Origin: a virus
Lineage: Duplodnaviria; Caudoviricetes
Reading direction: 5' to 3' (one strand)
Length of the DNA stretch: 57,335 bases
Virus record (IMG/VR): IMGVR_UViG_3300037852_000033
Span: 1 to 57,335 of that record
Within the stretch, counting starts at the first letter, position 1. Each line of letters opens with the position of its first letter. A program made the translations under genes and the position numbers. Below, in pieces: positions 12,101 to 21,914 of this stretch. The notes beneath the pieces were generated by a model, which ran no database searches, was not told the DNA's origin, and saw only the letters and a program-made list of their open reading frames with translations.

Positions 12101-12402
12101 GGGGCACAGTAGTTGTCGTATCATATTGCGACTCCTTTCGTTGATGGAAGCGCCTGAATCTCTTCCAGTAGACCCTGTATTTCCTCTTCGGATAAATCAC
12201 CAATCACGTCATCAGTAATTGATGTGTCGTAGTTCAAACTCCAGGAGTCGGCGTCTCCGACGATAACCGCCAGCTCCCAAAGTCCGCAATTACCGCCATA
12301 CGAGAAGGAGTGTCGGACAACGGATGCTCCATATCCGTTGGGGAAAAAATACAATCGCTGCTCTCCGCCATGGATGTTGTTCGTTCTAGTTGGTTCGATC
12401 AT
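9120..12402 (-). other. minus-strand block of small early-type hypothetical CDSs (9120-9440, 9558-9815, 9831-10118, 10115-10276, 10273-10494, 10475-10819, 10816-11184, 11199-11813, 11825-12124, 12121-12402)
   Basis: Most starts are preceded by a GAAAGG Shine-Dalgarno; 10115-10276 (two hydrophobic helices) is absent from the ORF track; motifs such as ISYNGRAW, CGTTACIGG and FPNGYGASVV are typical of conserved phage hypotheticals. Confidence 0.65.
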
Positions 12403-12420
12403 TTGATTTCCTTTCGTTGT

Positions 12421-12954
12421 TTACTGTGGGTTATTGGCTTCGGCTTTAGCTTTATACAATTCTCGTCGCTTCTTATTACGGTTGGCCCGCGTCCGCTCAT
12501 AACAGATTCTACACTTCCTCTGCACGCCGCGCTGCGAGCGCGAGCATTTCCAAATAATGGCGTTCTTACCTGCTATTAGATGCCCCATCATGCAGCGCCC
12601 CATCATCGGGTGGATGCGCCGTCCTTTCGCCCAGCAGTCGGCCACATTGTCGCCACGAGTCCCAAGGAACAAATGTGCAGGGTTACAACATGGCGGATTA
12701 TCACACTTATGCAGCACACAAATCCGACCAGGATTAAGCCCAAGATTCACTGCCATGGCCAATCGATGGGCCAGCCATTTATCCCTTTTGGAGGCATAGA
12801 ATATGCCATAACCATCCTTATTTCTTCCACCATTCCACTCCCAGCATTCATTCGTATGTCCAGGCTCGATATTGGCGAAGAATCTACGCAAGACAGGATC
12901 ATCAACCTTCCATGGCAGCGGCGTTGCTTGTTCAAGTAGTTCTTTCAGTGTCAT
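12421..12954 (-). CDS. HNH endonuclease
   Basis: CWEWNG...GYG...AHRLA...VLHKCDNPPCCNPAHLFLGT..DN. Confidence 0.9.
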   Translation of the reverse strand: MTLKELLEQATPLPWKVDDPVLRRFFANIEPGHTNECWEWNGGRNKDGYGIFYASKRDKWLAHRLAMAVNLGLNPGRICVLHKCDNPPCCNPAHLFLGTRGDNVADCWAKGRRIHPMMGRCMMGHLIAGKNAIIWKCSRSQRGVQRKCRICYERTRANRNKKRRELYKAKAEANNPQ

Positions 12955-13028
12955 ATGGTCCTTTCGTTTGTTGCGGTTAAAAAATTCTCTTGCATCCCGG
13001 TCAAGTCTGGGCAGATTTCACTTGCCGC

Positions 13029-13137
13029 GTCGAAAACGGCAGTCCCAGAACCGTGAAACATTCAACTTCCATCTTCAGCTCTGTCGTCTCGTGGGTCCAC
13101 GGTGCCCGCTTTTCGACCGGGGCGGCAGAGCTGAGGG
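13029..13137 (+). promoter_or_regulatory. structured leader upstream of the replication operon with alternative pairings
   Basis: Long stem 13074-13091/13118-13137; 13029-13055 is complementary to its loop (13098-13117). Confidence 0.5.
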
Positions 13138-13149
13138 TAGAAGGAAAGA

Positions 13150-13347
13150 ATGAGCCTGAATGAAGTAACGGTCCTTAAGGAGGCGCTAGATAAGGGTCAA
13201 ACAGTAGTTTTTGCGCCACAGTCGAACTACCCAGAGTTGGTATCCAGAATCAAGGACGACATCATATTCATGTCTAGTGGATGGGCGCTTACGCTATCCA
13301 AGAGTGAGCTGTCTGACTTCGCCATCCTCACGAGGTTGCGGGTATGA
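13150..13347 (+). CDS. hypothetical protein
   Basis: ORF coupled to the initiator gene. Confidence 0.5.
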   Translation: MSLNEVTVLKEALDKGQTVVFAPQSNYPELVSRIKDDIIFMSSGWALTLSKSELSDFAILTRLRV

Positions 13348-14213
13348 GCGACAAACCAGAACGCGATTTTAAGGGGATATGGATACCAAAAGAGTTGTGG
13401 TTCGATCAATCTCTGACGCCCCTACAGAAAATGCTGATTGCTGAAATTGACAGCCTCAGCAAGGGTCCAAGTGGATGCACTGCCGATAACGCCTATCTAG
13501 CCAAATTCTTTGGAGTGTCAGAAGGAACCATGGCCAACATGATCACTGATCTCCGTAAATTAAAGCGCGTAGAAACACTCAGTTTTGATGGCAGAAACAG
13601 GGTTCTTCGGGTAATCCCAAATGAAAGCAGCCTTCATGGAAAACATGAACCCTGCTTTCATGAAAAAGGAGAAGACAGCCTTCATGGAAACCATGAGTCC
13701 CTATTAAGGTCTGATAACAAAGAAGATAACAAAGGGGAGGTAGTAGTGAAAAAGAAAGGTAAGAAGGTTGATATGGAACCGCTCCTCCTTGAATCAGAAA
13801 CAGGAATCAAACCATTCCCATTTATGGACCTCCCTGAATTCAAGACCGCTTGGGCTGCATTTAAAAAATCTCGCAAGAAGAAACTCGACCAATATACCGA
13901 GGCCACTATTCTCAAGCGAATTGCTGAGAGGCCGCAGTTTGCCATGACTGTGGTGAGAACCATGCTTGAATTCAGTTGGGAGAGCTTCGAGTGGGAGTGG
14001 GATAAACTCGCGTCCAGGATCGCCAAATCACCTGCACACACGCAGCCCAAGAAAGACCCCAGCGCCGGATGGGAGCGCTACCCAGAATTCATCGCCACTC
14101 ACCCAGCCGAGAAAGCCCGCAAGGATTACCCGCACTGGAAAAACGCCGCATCCAACCCAATCATCAAGAGCCAGTTTGAGCGCTGGTTAAAAACCGGAAG
14201 CTACGACCTATGA
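13344..14213 (+). CDS. phage replication initiator (N-terminal wHTH, lambda O/DnaD-like)
   Basis: RDFKGIWIPKELW...IAEIDSL...CTADNAYLAKFFGVS; directly upstream of DnaB; contains internal direct repeats. Confidence 0.8.
   Translation: MSDKPERDFKGIWIPKELWFDQSLTPLQKMLIAEIDSLSKGPSGCTADNAYLAKFFGVSEGTMANMITDLRKLKRVETLSFDGRNRVLRVIPNESSLHGKHEPCFHEKGEDSLHGNHESLLRSDNKEDNKGEVVVKKKGKKVDMEPLLLESETGIKPFPFMDLPEFKTAWAAFKKSRKKKLDQYTEATILKRIAERPQFAMTVVRTMLEFSWESFEWEWDKLASRIAKSPAHTQPKKDPSAGWERYPEFIATHPAEKARKDYPHWKNAASNPIIKSQFERWLKTGSYDL
13628..13696 (+). repeat. putative origin iterons within the initiator gene
   Basis: CAGCCTTCATGGAAA(A/C)CATGA at 13628 and 13676, plus a partial CTTTCATGAAAA between them, followed by an A-rich tract. 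Confidence 0.55.
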
Positions 14214-15676
14214 AACTACCGCCATCACCACGCCGCAAAACCACCACCAAACAGTCCACCAACGGAGGCAAGGCCAACCTCCACAAGCAGGAGCCAAAAC
14301 TACTGCCCGACATCCAGCGCATCCTCCCTCAATCCCCAGAGGCTGAGCAGGGAGCCCTTTGCTCATTCCTCTTCGCCCCGCGAGAGGTTGGAGCGTTGTT
14401 CAAGGAAAAATCCATCACCAAAGAGCACTTCCATCTCACCGCCAACCAGATCATCTTCGAGGCCATGATGGAACTCTGGGACGACAACAAGGATATCGAC
14501 CTCATCATCGTGACCCAGCTCCTGCACGATCGCAAGAAACTCGATCAAGCCGGGGGAGCGGCCTACATCACCCAGATTTCCACCCGCCTTGGGACCGCCC
14601 ATAACGCCCCGGCCTACTTGGAAATCCTCATCGAGAAATATATTCTCCGCGAGGGGATTAAGGTCGCCACCGAGTTTGCCACCCGACTCCATGAGGAGCA
14701 GGATGACTCCATCGGACTCATGGCGGAGTTTGAAACCCGCCTCTTGGGAATCTCCACCAGGCACACCTATTCCGAGGACGACTACGAGCCAACCCGCGCG
14801 ATCATCCTGCGCGCCGTGGAGAAAATTCAAAAGGCCATCGACAACAAAGGGCAGATCACTGGAATCTCCACCGGCTTCTTGGAACTTGACCGGCTCACCG
14901 ATGGTCTGCAACGCAAGGAGGTCTTCGTCATCGCGGCCCTCCCTGCGATCGGGAAGACGGCCATCGCCATGAATATCATGGAGCACATCGCCATCAACTT
15001 AAAAATCCCCGTGGGCATCTTCTCCCTGGAAATGTCCAGGAACCAACTGATTCAGCGGGCCATCATGGGACGGGCGCGCATCAACTGGGCGGCGCTGCGC
15101 ACTGGAGTCATCAACGAGAAAGACTCCAGAGCCATAGCCAAGTCTGCCTCCGACTTTGGCAGCGCACCCATGCACTTCAATGACCATGGTGACTCGACAC
15201 CCGCCTACATCAACGCCGTGACCCGGCGCTGGGTGCGGGAGTTCGGCATCCAGGCGGTGATGATCGACTACCTCCAGATGATTCGTGGGACCAAGCGCTA
15301 CAAGGGCAGCAACCGGGAGTCCGAAGTAGCCGAGATCAGCCGAGACCTCAAATACATCGCCAAGGAAAACAACGTCGCCGTGGTGGTGCTGGCCCAACTC
15401 AATCGTGAGGCTGCTAAACGAGGGGAGAGCGGCGGAGTCCCACGCCTAAGCGACCTACGGGAAAGCGGAGCTATCGAGGCCGATGCCGATGTGGTCGGGC
15501 TCCTCCATCGCGAGGAAGCCTACATCGAGGACGAGGAAAAAAGGAAAGAAGTTGCAGGCAAGGCCGATCTCCACATCGCCAAGCAGCGTAATGGACCCGT
15601 GGGCCATGCGCTTCTGACCTTCATCCGGGAGATCACCCGGTTTGAGAACCGCGCCATCGACGAGGTGTCATCATGA
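14210..15676 (+). CDS. dnaB: replicative DNA helicase
   Basis: PQSPEAEQ N-terminus, Walker A ALPAIGKT, FSLEMS, IDYLQ, LAQLNR, SDLRESGAIEADAD, IAKQRNGP. Confidence 0.96.
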   Translation: MKLPPSPRRKTTTKQSTNGGKANLHKQEPKLLPDIQRILPQSPEAEQGALCSFLFAPREVGALFKEKSITKEHFHLTANQIIFEAMMELWDDNKDIDLIIVTQLLHDRKKLDQAGGAAYITQISTRLGTAHNAPAYLEILIEKYILREGIKVATEFATRLHEEQDDSIGLMAEFETRLLGISTRHTYSEDDYEPTRAIILRAVEKIQKAIDNKGQITGISTGFLELDRLTDGLQRKEVFVIAALPAIGKTAIAMNIMEHIAINLKIPVGIFSLEMSRNQLIQRAIMGRARINWAALRTGVINEKDSRAIAKSASDFGSAPMHFNDHGDSTPAYINAVTRRWVREFGIQAVMIDYLQMIRGTKRYKGSNRESEVAEISRDLKYIAKENNVAVVVLAQLNREAAKRGESGGVPRLSDLRESGAIEADADVVGLLHREEAYIEDEEKRKEVAGKADLHIAKQRNGPVGHALLTFIREITRFENRAIDEVSS

Positions 15677-15763
15677 AATTCTTCCAATACCTATTCCTGC
15701 GCAGCGAGCAAAGGCGATTGACAGAAGCCAATCTTATGAGCCATACTTCTCCAACCAAAGCCA

Positions 15764-16336
15764 ATGCCAATCACCAAAGAGCCATCGAAGACGAAGGAGC
15801 AGACCGTCGTGGCGGCGACCCTGGCGATATTGAAGGGCATAGCCATCAACACCCCGCATCCACAGGTGAGATACCAACCCGACCTCTACGAGGTGGAAGC
15901 GATGGTTCCGGGTCCATCGGATCACGGGCGGGTTGTTGGCAAGCGAGGGGCGGTAATTTGGTCGATCAATTCGATCCTCTGGTGGATTGGTTCGGCCCAA
16001 GTGGCCCACCCTATTCAACTCAATCTTGTCCCACCGAGCGACAACAAGGAACGGGTGAAGATGCCCTACAAACCAATCACGAGCTGGCAGTCGGTCATCC
16101 TCACTCCGATAACGGAGATGTTGGATACGGTCCTGACCGCAACCTTCAAGACCAAGCAAGCCTGGACGGTGGAGAAGCTGAAGGAGCCAGGCCATGCCCG
16201 GATCAACATCCGGTTAGAGGGCTACCTCCAGACGGCCATGCTGGAGCCGAACTACGAGGAAGCGATCAAGGTCCTAATCCACGCAGCGGGGGCCTCGCGC
16301 GGCTACAACCTGGAGGTCAATGTGACATGGGCATAG
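15764..16336 (+). CDS. KH-domain RNA-binding protein (KhpA-like)
   Basis: DHGRVVGKRGAVIWSI carries the KH GxxG loop; the second half looks like a degenerate repeat. Confidence 0.65.
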   Translation: MPITKEPSKTKEQTVVAATLAILKGIAINTPHPQVRYQPDLYEVEAMVPGPSDHGRVVGKRGAVIWSINSILWWIGSAQVAHPIQLNLVPPSDNKERVKMPYKPITSWQSVILTPITEMLDTVLTATFKTKQAWTVEKLKEPGHARINIRLEGYLQTAMLEPNYEEAIKVLIHAAGASRGYNLEVNVTWA

Positions 16337-16430
16337 TAGAGCGCATCCTCAACCCACCCTGCGCGCCGAGAACGCCCGTCCGGGAAGCGGGGCGATTAAA
16401 CGGATCACTCATGGAGGTCGATTACAGCAA

Positions 16431-16733
16431 ATGACTACGACCAAGGACATCATTCCCGAAGAGACCCTCGAAGGCGCAAGACTGGAGCGAATCGGAAGAG
16501 GCCACTATCGGATTTGGTCATCCTCTCAGCCAGAGGTGGCATACTCCGTGGACGTAACTCACTATGGGGGGCTAGGGAGCTGCACCTGTCCAGACTTTAC
16601 CATGCGACGACTGCCGAGGTGGCGCGGCGTGCGCAAGCCCTATGATAGCTTTCGTTGCCGTCATTTACGCCGGGTTCGCAACCACATTATGGATCAGATC
16701 ATCAAATACATGAAAGACCACAAAGGATTATGA
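16431..16733 (+). CDS. SWIM zinc-finger protein
   Basis: YSVD...SCTCPDF...CRHL. Confidence 0.75.
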   Translation: MTTTKDIIPEETLEGARLERIGRGHYRIWSSSQPEVAYSVDVTHYGGLGSCTCPDFTMRRLPRWRGVRKPYDSFRCRHLRRVRNHIMDQIIKYMKDHKGL

Positions 16734-17248
16734 AAAACCCACACAGCATCCATCACTACCACCACAACCCTACACCAAAGAAGCCAAGCACCGCCATCAG
16801 GATAGTGCAGCTCATCTTCCTGGCGCTGATCATCCTTTGTGTGGTGGAGGCCATCCGCAACTATCGCGGCATCCACACCCTCATCTCGGGATGGGACGCC
16901 ACCCGCATCCCTCCACCGGAACCAATTCAACGGCCTATAGCGACCCCGGTGCCAACCATCATCTTCCATGAAATACCTAGCACCCCATTCCCCAATGTTC
17001 TGCCAACTCCAACGATTGATGTCCCAACCTTACCGCCAACCCCACCACCAGAACCACCGGCAACCGTGCAGGCCAACGCAGACCTGACACTGAACTGCGG
17101 CGATGGCCATATCGTGATCCACCCCAGTAACGGCTCCATCGAGTTCCAGAACTGCGACCCAGGGATGTCCGCCCAGGAATTCTGGTGGAGCGTGGCCCAA
17201 GCCTTCCCGGCAGCCAGGGAGGCGATGCTGCGCGGAGACCGGCCATGA
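16730..17248 (+). CDS. membrane-anchored Pro-rich hypothetical protein
   Basis: One TM segment ([15 protein letters not shown]) and a PTP-rich linker. Confidence 0.55.
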   Translation: MKNPHSIHHYHHNPTPKKPSTAIRIVQLIFLALIILCVVEAIRNYRGIHTLISGWDATRIPPPEPIQRPIATPVPTIIFHEIPSTPFPNVLPTPTIDVPTLPPTPPPEPPATVQANADLTLNCGDGHIVIHPSNGSIEFQNCDPGMSAQEFWWSVAQAFPAAREAMLRGDRP

Positions 17249-17757
17249 ATGAGTTACATCCATTGAGGCGGGATATATCCGGCATGAGATTCGGAAGGTG
17301 GTCTGTGATATCTCCAATTCCTAAATCAAGGCCGTCTAGATGGAGGTGTGTTTGTGACTGCGGAACACAGAAGGACGTATTAACACTACACCTCGTTCGT
17401 GGAATGACAAAGAGCTGCGGGTGCAGAAGGGCCGACATAGCAAGAAGGAACTTCACCACCCACGGTATGAGTAACTACCCTGAGTTTTCTATATGGGTAG
17501 GAATAAAAAACAGATGCAATAACCCAAATGAACCTGCATATAAGGACTACGGGGGAAGGGGTATTAAGGTATGTAAACGATGGAATTCATTTGAAAACTT
17601 CTACGCGGACATGGGGCCAAGGCCACCCGGAATGACCATCGAAAGGATTGAAAATAATAAAGGATACTCGCCAGAAAACTGTAAATGGGCCACAAGAATG
17701 GAACAGAGACACAATCGCCGCGATTCTATTAAAAACAGGGTTCCGAGCAATGAGTGA
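17245..17757 (+). CDS. HNH-type homing endonuclease
   Basis: [53 protein letters not shown]. Confidence 0.88.
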   Translation: MNELHPLRRDISGMRFGRWSVISPIPKSRPSRWRCVCDCGTQKDVLTLHLVRGMTKSCGCRRADIARRNFTTHGMSNYPEFSIWVGIKNRCNNPNEPAYKDYGGRGIKVCKRWNSFENFYADMGPRPPGMTIERIENNKGYSPENCKWATRMEQRHNRRDSIKNRVPSNE

Positions 17758-18337
17758 TGCTATTACGGGCAGGACCCTGGAACAACTTGTCATCTTCCGG
17801 GCGCAAAAACTTGAGGAGCAGGGAATCCTAACCCTTGGGCGATACGGAACAATGGTAGTGATGATGAACGACGAGCATGGGATTCCTCGCTGGCAGCCAA
17901 AGCCATCCCTACCAGACCTTGAGGGAGTAATTGCTGGCTCTGGCAGACAATTGATCTTGGAACTCAAGGCGTGCAGCCAAGCCTCCTACCCCATCTATGG
18001 GACCGACCGCAAGCGCCCGCGACAGATCGAGCACATGATGAAGCGCGCTAAATTCGGAGCGCTCTGCTACATCATGATCCACTTCAACCAAAGAGACCTG
18101 AAAACAAAATACCAAGGGGCTTTTACTATCGCCATCCCCGTCCATCCAGATCATGATTTTTGGAGGCAGGTAGAGGCCACCGAGATTAAAAATCTAGACC
18201 GCGCCACAGCCATTCTCTACGGAATCACCGTGCCGTGGAATCTCTATTCACCCAGGGCCTCCAAGCTCACGCCAGACCTGCGGGTTTTATTTTCTTCAAA
18301 AAAAGACTTGATACATGCAAGCGTGCAGGCAAATTGA
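17750..18337 (+). CDS. PD-(D/E)xK nuclease, RecU-like Holliday junction resolvase
   Basis: LE...PSLPDLEG...ILELKA...[19 protein letters not shown]. Confidence 0.7.
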   Translation: MSDAITGRTLEQLVIFRAQKLEEQGILTLGRYGTMVVMMNDEHGIPRWQPKPSLPDLEGVIAGSGRQLILELKACSQASYPIYGTDRKRPRQIEHMMKRAKFGALCYIMIHFNQRDLKTKYQGAFTIAIPVHPDHDFWRQVEATEIKNLDRATAILYGITVPWNLYSPRASKLTPDLRVLFSSKKDLIHASVQAN

Positions 18338-18372
18338 CTCCGCAAAAGCAAACCACTAAAACAAAAAACCAT

Positions 18373-19245
18373 ATGCAAAATAAACTGGAAGCACACGAAC
18401 TCAGCACCATCTTTCCCGAGGCGTCCCCCGAGGATTACGGATCGATCCGAAAAAACATTCGCCAACACGGCTTCGACGGCAATCAGCCAATCGTCCTCTT
18501 GGATGGTAAAATCCTCGACGGTCGCACCCGCTACAAGGCGGCCAGGGATGAGAAAATCCCGGAAGATGAAATCCCCACCCGCCGCTTCAAAGGAGGCGAC
18601 CCGCTGGAATTCATCTTCACCCACAACCTGGCCCGACGCCACATGACCCCATCCCAAAAGGCCGCCGCCGCCGCCAAGCTGGTGGAGACCATGAAGGAGT
18701 TTGAGAAGGCCGAGAAGGAAGCCGCCAAAGCTAAAAACAAAAAGGTTAAGCGACCTAAGGGCGAGAAAGTCATTAAGGCCGCCAAGATGACCGGGGCCAG
18801 CCCACGCGCCGTGGCCGCCGCTAAGAAGCTCCAAGAACAGGACCCGGAAAAGTTTGCGGAAGTGGCCGCAGGCAAGAAGAGCGTGCGCAAGGCCACCAAG
18901 GAACTGGAATCAAAGAAGAGCGCCGAGGAAAAGAAGACCGCGCTGTTCACCAACGCCACCCTGGCCATCGACCGGGTTTACGGCGAGGGCTCCACCCTCA
19001 AGCTGGCCGAGCACCTCCAAAGCAAGGACATCCTCAAGCTGAGCGAGATTGAGAAGGACGAGCTGCTGCGCATCAAGCCAATGCTCTTCTCGGGCTGGAA
19101 GCTCAAGGAGGCACTTAGCTACAAGTCCACAACCTTGTCCTTCAAGCACAATCTCCAGGCGCTCTGTGATGCCGCCGTGGCTAGCGGGCTGCCGGAGTTC
19201 GTCCTCCACCTTGGCGACTACACCATCACAGTCAAGAAGTCATGA
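18373..19245 (+). CDS. ParB/Srx N-terminal domain protein
   Basis: IRQHGF..QPIVLLDGKILDGRTRYKAA...NLARRHMTPSQKA. Confidence 0.85.
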   Translation: MQNKLEAHELSTIFPEASPEDYGSIRKNIRQHGFDGNQPIVLLDGKILDGRTRYKAARDEKIPEDEIPTRRFKGGDPLEFIFTHNLARRHMTPSQKAAAAAKLVETMKEFEKAEKEAAKAKNKKVKRPKGEKVIKAAKMTGASPRAVAAAKKLQEQDPEKFAEVAAGKKSVRKATKELESKKSAEEKKTALFTNATLAIDRVYGEGSTLKLAEHLQSKDILKLSEIEKDELLRIKPMLFSGWKLKEALSYKSTTLSFKHNLQALCDAAVASGLPEFVLHLGDYTITVKKS

Positions 19246-19526
19246 TCCCATCCATCGGCAGGGTTGTTCACTATACGCTTCGTGATAGTGACCTTAAAAC
19301 CATTCAACATAATCGGACGGTATCCGCAACACCCTACAGCATGGGAAACGCAGCGCACGAAGGAGATGTCTTCCCGGCGATGATCGTTCGAGTCTTGGAT
19401 AAACCAGCCAGCGAGTTCTCCGTGGTCCAACTTCAGGTCTTTCTTGATGGCTGTGACCAACTCTGGGTAACCAGCGCAGAACAGGGCACCGGACCCGGAA
19501 AATGGTTTCAACCACCAACGATATGA
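19242..19526 (+). CDS. conserved phage hypothetical protein
   Basis: PSIGRVVHY...PAMIVRV...LQVFLDG pattern. Confidence 0.65.
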   Translation: MIPSIGRVVHYTLRDSDLKTIQHNRTVSATPYSMGNAAHEGDVFPAMIVRVLDKPASEFSVVQLQVFLDGCDQLWVTSAEQGTGPGKWFQPPTI

Positions 19527-19608
19527 ATCCAATCTCTTACGCCATCGGCTCACTGGTCACTATGCTGATCATGCTGATCTACCGCAAATAACACCAACTA
19601 CAAATCAT

Positions 19609-20244
19609 ATGAAACAAAACCTAACTGACCTCACCATCATCATCGACCGCAGCGGCAGTATGGACTCATGCGCCACTGAAGCCAGCAATGGCATCAACCA
19701 GCTCATCGAGGACCAGAAGAAACAGTCCGGCGAATGTCTGGCAACCCTGGTGCAATTCGACACATCCTACGAATTCGTTCACAAAGGCATCCAAATCGTC
19801 AATGTCCCGAAATACACCCTTGTCCCACGCGGGATGACCGCCCTGTTTGATGCGGTTGGGCGCTCCATCAACGAGGCGGGAGACCGGCTGGCAAAAATGC
19901 GGGAAGAAGACCGCCCCGGACTGGTAGTATTCGTCATCGTGACCGATGGACTGGAGAACTCCTCCCATGAGTTCACGGGCGACCAAATAAGGGCAATGAT
20001 CGAGCGTCAGCAAAAGGACTACAACTGGAAGTTCACCTACCTCGGGGCCAACCAGGACGCCTTCGCCGCCGCCTCCAATATCGGAATCCCCATTGCCGCC
20101 GCCGCCCCATTCAAGCCCGGTAATGTCAAGAAAGCCTACGCCGCCGCTTCCTCTAACGTAAGGCGAATGAGGGAGGCTGTCGCCGTTGGAGCAGTAGCGT
20201 GCAGCTCATACACCGACGAAGAGCGAGACGAAATGGAGAAATAA
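19609..20244 (+). CDS. von Willebrand factor A domain protein
   Basis: MIDAS motif DRSGSM, GMTALFDA, VTDGLENSS, YLGANQDA. Confidence 0.9.
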   Translation: MKQNLTDLTIIIDRSGSMDSCATEASNGINQLIEDQKKQSGECLATLVQFDTSYEFVHKGIQIVNVPKYTLVPRGMTALFDAVGRSINEAGDRLAKMREEDRPGLVVFVIVTDGLENSSHEFTGDQIRAMIERQQKDYNWKFTYLGANQDAFAAASNIGIPIAAAAPFKPGNVKKAYAAASSNVRRMREAVAVGAVACSSYTDEERDEMEK

Positions 20245-20332
20245 TTTCGGGGTATCTCCTCCTACTTTGTTGATACCATAAACTAAAACAGGATGGGCCA
20301 ATCCCGGCCCTCCGTAAACCACCAGAAAAACC

Positions 20333-20692
20333 ATGCCACCCTACGACATCATCAGAGCCCTCATCGCGGCGTTCACCTCCGCCGTCAACGCCAACAAAGT
20401 CGACCCAGGAACACTTACTGAGGCCAAGAAGGCCCAAGCCGACCTGCAAGCCAAACTCGATGCCTCCAACGCATCCCTTGCGAAGGACGACGAAGCCATT
20501 GCCGCCTTCGGCAAACCACTGTCACCAGACGAGACGTTCCACCTCAACAGCGTGCTGGCCACCATCCAGGCCGCCCCTGCGGTGAGCGTTCCTCCGCCTC
20601 CGGCCCCTCCCGTGGACGTTCCACCAGTGGACCAAAAGGCCGCCCCTCCCGTGGACGTGGTTGCCACACCAACGGCACCACCCGCCGCCTAA
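20333..20692 (+). CDS. hypothetical protein with Pro/Ala-rich tail
   Basis: Clean ORF after an A/C-rich leader. Confidence 0.6.
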   Translation: MPPYDIIRALIAAFTSAVNANKVDPGTLTEAKKAQADLQAKLDASNASLAKDDEAIAAFGKPLSPDETFHLNSVLATIQAAPAVSVPPPPAPPVDVPPVDQKAAPPVDVVATPTAPPAA

Positions 20693-21438
20693 AACCTTCC
20701 TTGGTTTGGAGCGAGACCGAGCAACCTGCGCAGTGGTGGCTCGCTAATTTCATGAAAGCAGTAGCGTCAATCGGAAAGTTCTTAGCCATGTTGGCTGGAG
20801 CCATGGGGTTGTTCCAACACAGGGGCAACCCCAAAGGTCCAGGTGGCAACCCGGAACCCGCCCGCAACCCCTTCGGTAAGAGCAGTGGAGGCAGTGGCCG
20901 CTTAAGCCGCAAGCGCCCGGAGGTTTTCGGCCACCGGAGACCACTAGGCGTGAGCCGTCATACGCTTTATCGCCAGCCTCCGGGCTATTACTTCCAGCCG
21001 GTCAAGAAAAACCACATCCACTCATACGGCCCAGCCTCACCCACCCTGCAAACACGCAGGCCAAAGCGACCCATCTTCGCGTGAAGACCAAGAATGTTCG
21101 TATTGAGCGCCACCCAGCATTTGATGAGCTGCGTAAAAGATACGAATGGAGCGACACTACCAACAAATTTCCAAAGCTTCTCAAGAGCGGTCGTAAAAAT
21201 CCGCTCTTCAAGGTCACAGGATTTATGGTGACAATATCATGATCAAGACCCGCCTAACTACCAGCGACATCATCAAACTCAACGCCGCCAGGGGCCTTGA
21301 TATGAATCTGCACGATGGAAACAGACGCCATCAGAACCGCCACGGAACACGCCCATCAGTGACGGACTACAATGCCGCTATTCACCAGGGGGTCTATATC
21401 GGGGATTTTATCTTTCCAATTGGTTGCGAGACTAATCC

Positions 21439-21912
21439 GTGAGAACAATCCCACTCACTCAAGGCAAGGTGGCTCTAGTTGACGATGAGGACTACGACCG
21501 TGTAATGCAATACAAGTGGTGCTTTGGTAAAATTGGATATGCCATGCGAAACATCAGCAAATATGCCAGGCGCGACGGAAAGCATGGCATGCAATATCTC
21601 CATCGCTTCATCATGGGCGAACCACCTGGAATGGAGGTTGACCACCGCGACGAAGACAGACTCAACTGCCAGAAATACAACCTCAGAGTAGCTACACATG
21701 CCCAGAACACACAACATCGAGGCCCGTTAAAAACTAACACTTCAGGCAGAAAAGGAGTTACCAGAAATCACAGAGCAGGAAAATGGGTAGCTCAAATAGA
21801 TGTTAATGGAGTCCACAAGAACCTCGGATATTTCGACGATATTCAATCAGCTCATGCCGCATATTGCATGGCGGCAGAAGAACTTCACGGAGAATTCGCC
21901 AAGACATCGTAA
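21439..21912 (+). CDS. HNH-AP2 homing endonuclease
   Basis: IPLTQGKVALVDDED, VDHRDEDRLNCQKYNLR, NTSGRKGV..KWVAQI..LGYF..HGEFA. Confidence 0.9.
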   Translation: MRTIPLTQGKVALVDDEDYDRVMQYKWCFGKIGYAMRNISKYARRDGKHGMQYLHRFIMGEPPGMEVDHRDEDRLNCQKYNLRVATHAQNTQHRGPLKTNTSGRKGVTRNHRAGKWVAQIDVNGVHKNLGYFDDIQSAHAAYCMAAEELHGEFAKTS

Positions 21913-21914
21913 TC

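Noticed and set aside
15673-16434. 253-aa ORF coupled to dnaB by an ATGA overlap
   Set aside because: The overlapping frame 15764-16336 has a recognisable KH motif while this one reads as G/R/P-rich shadow sequence; not fully excluded because both ends overlap neighbours neatly
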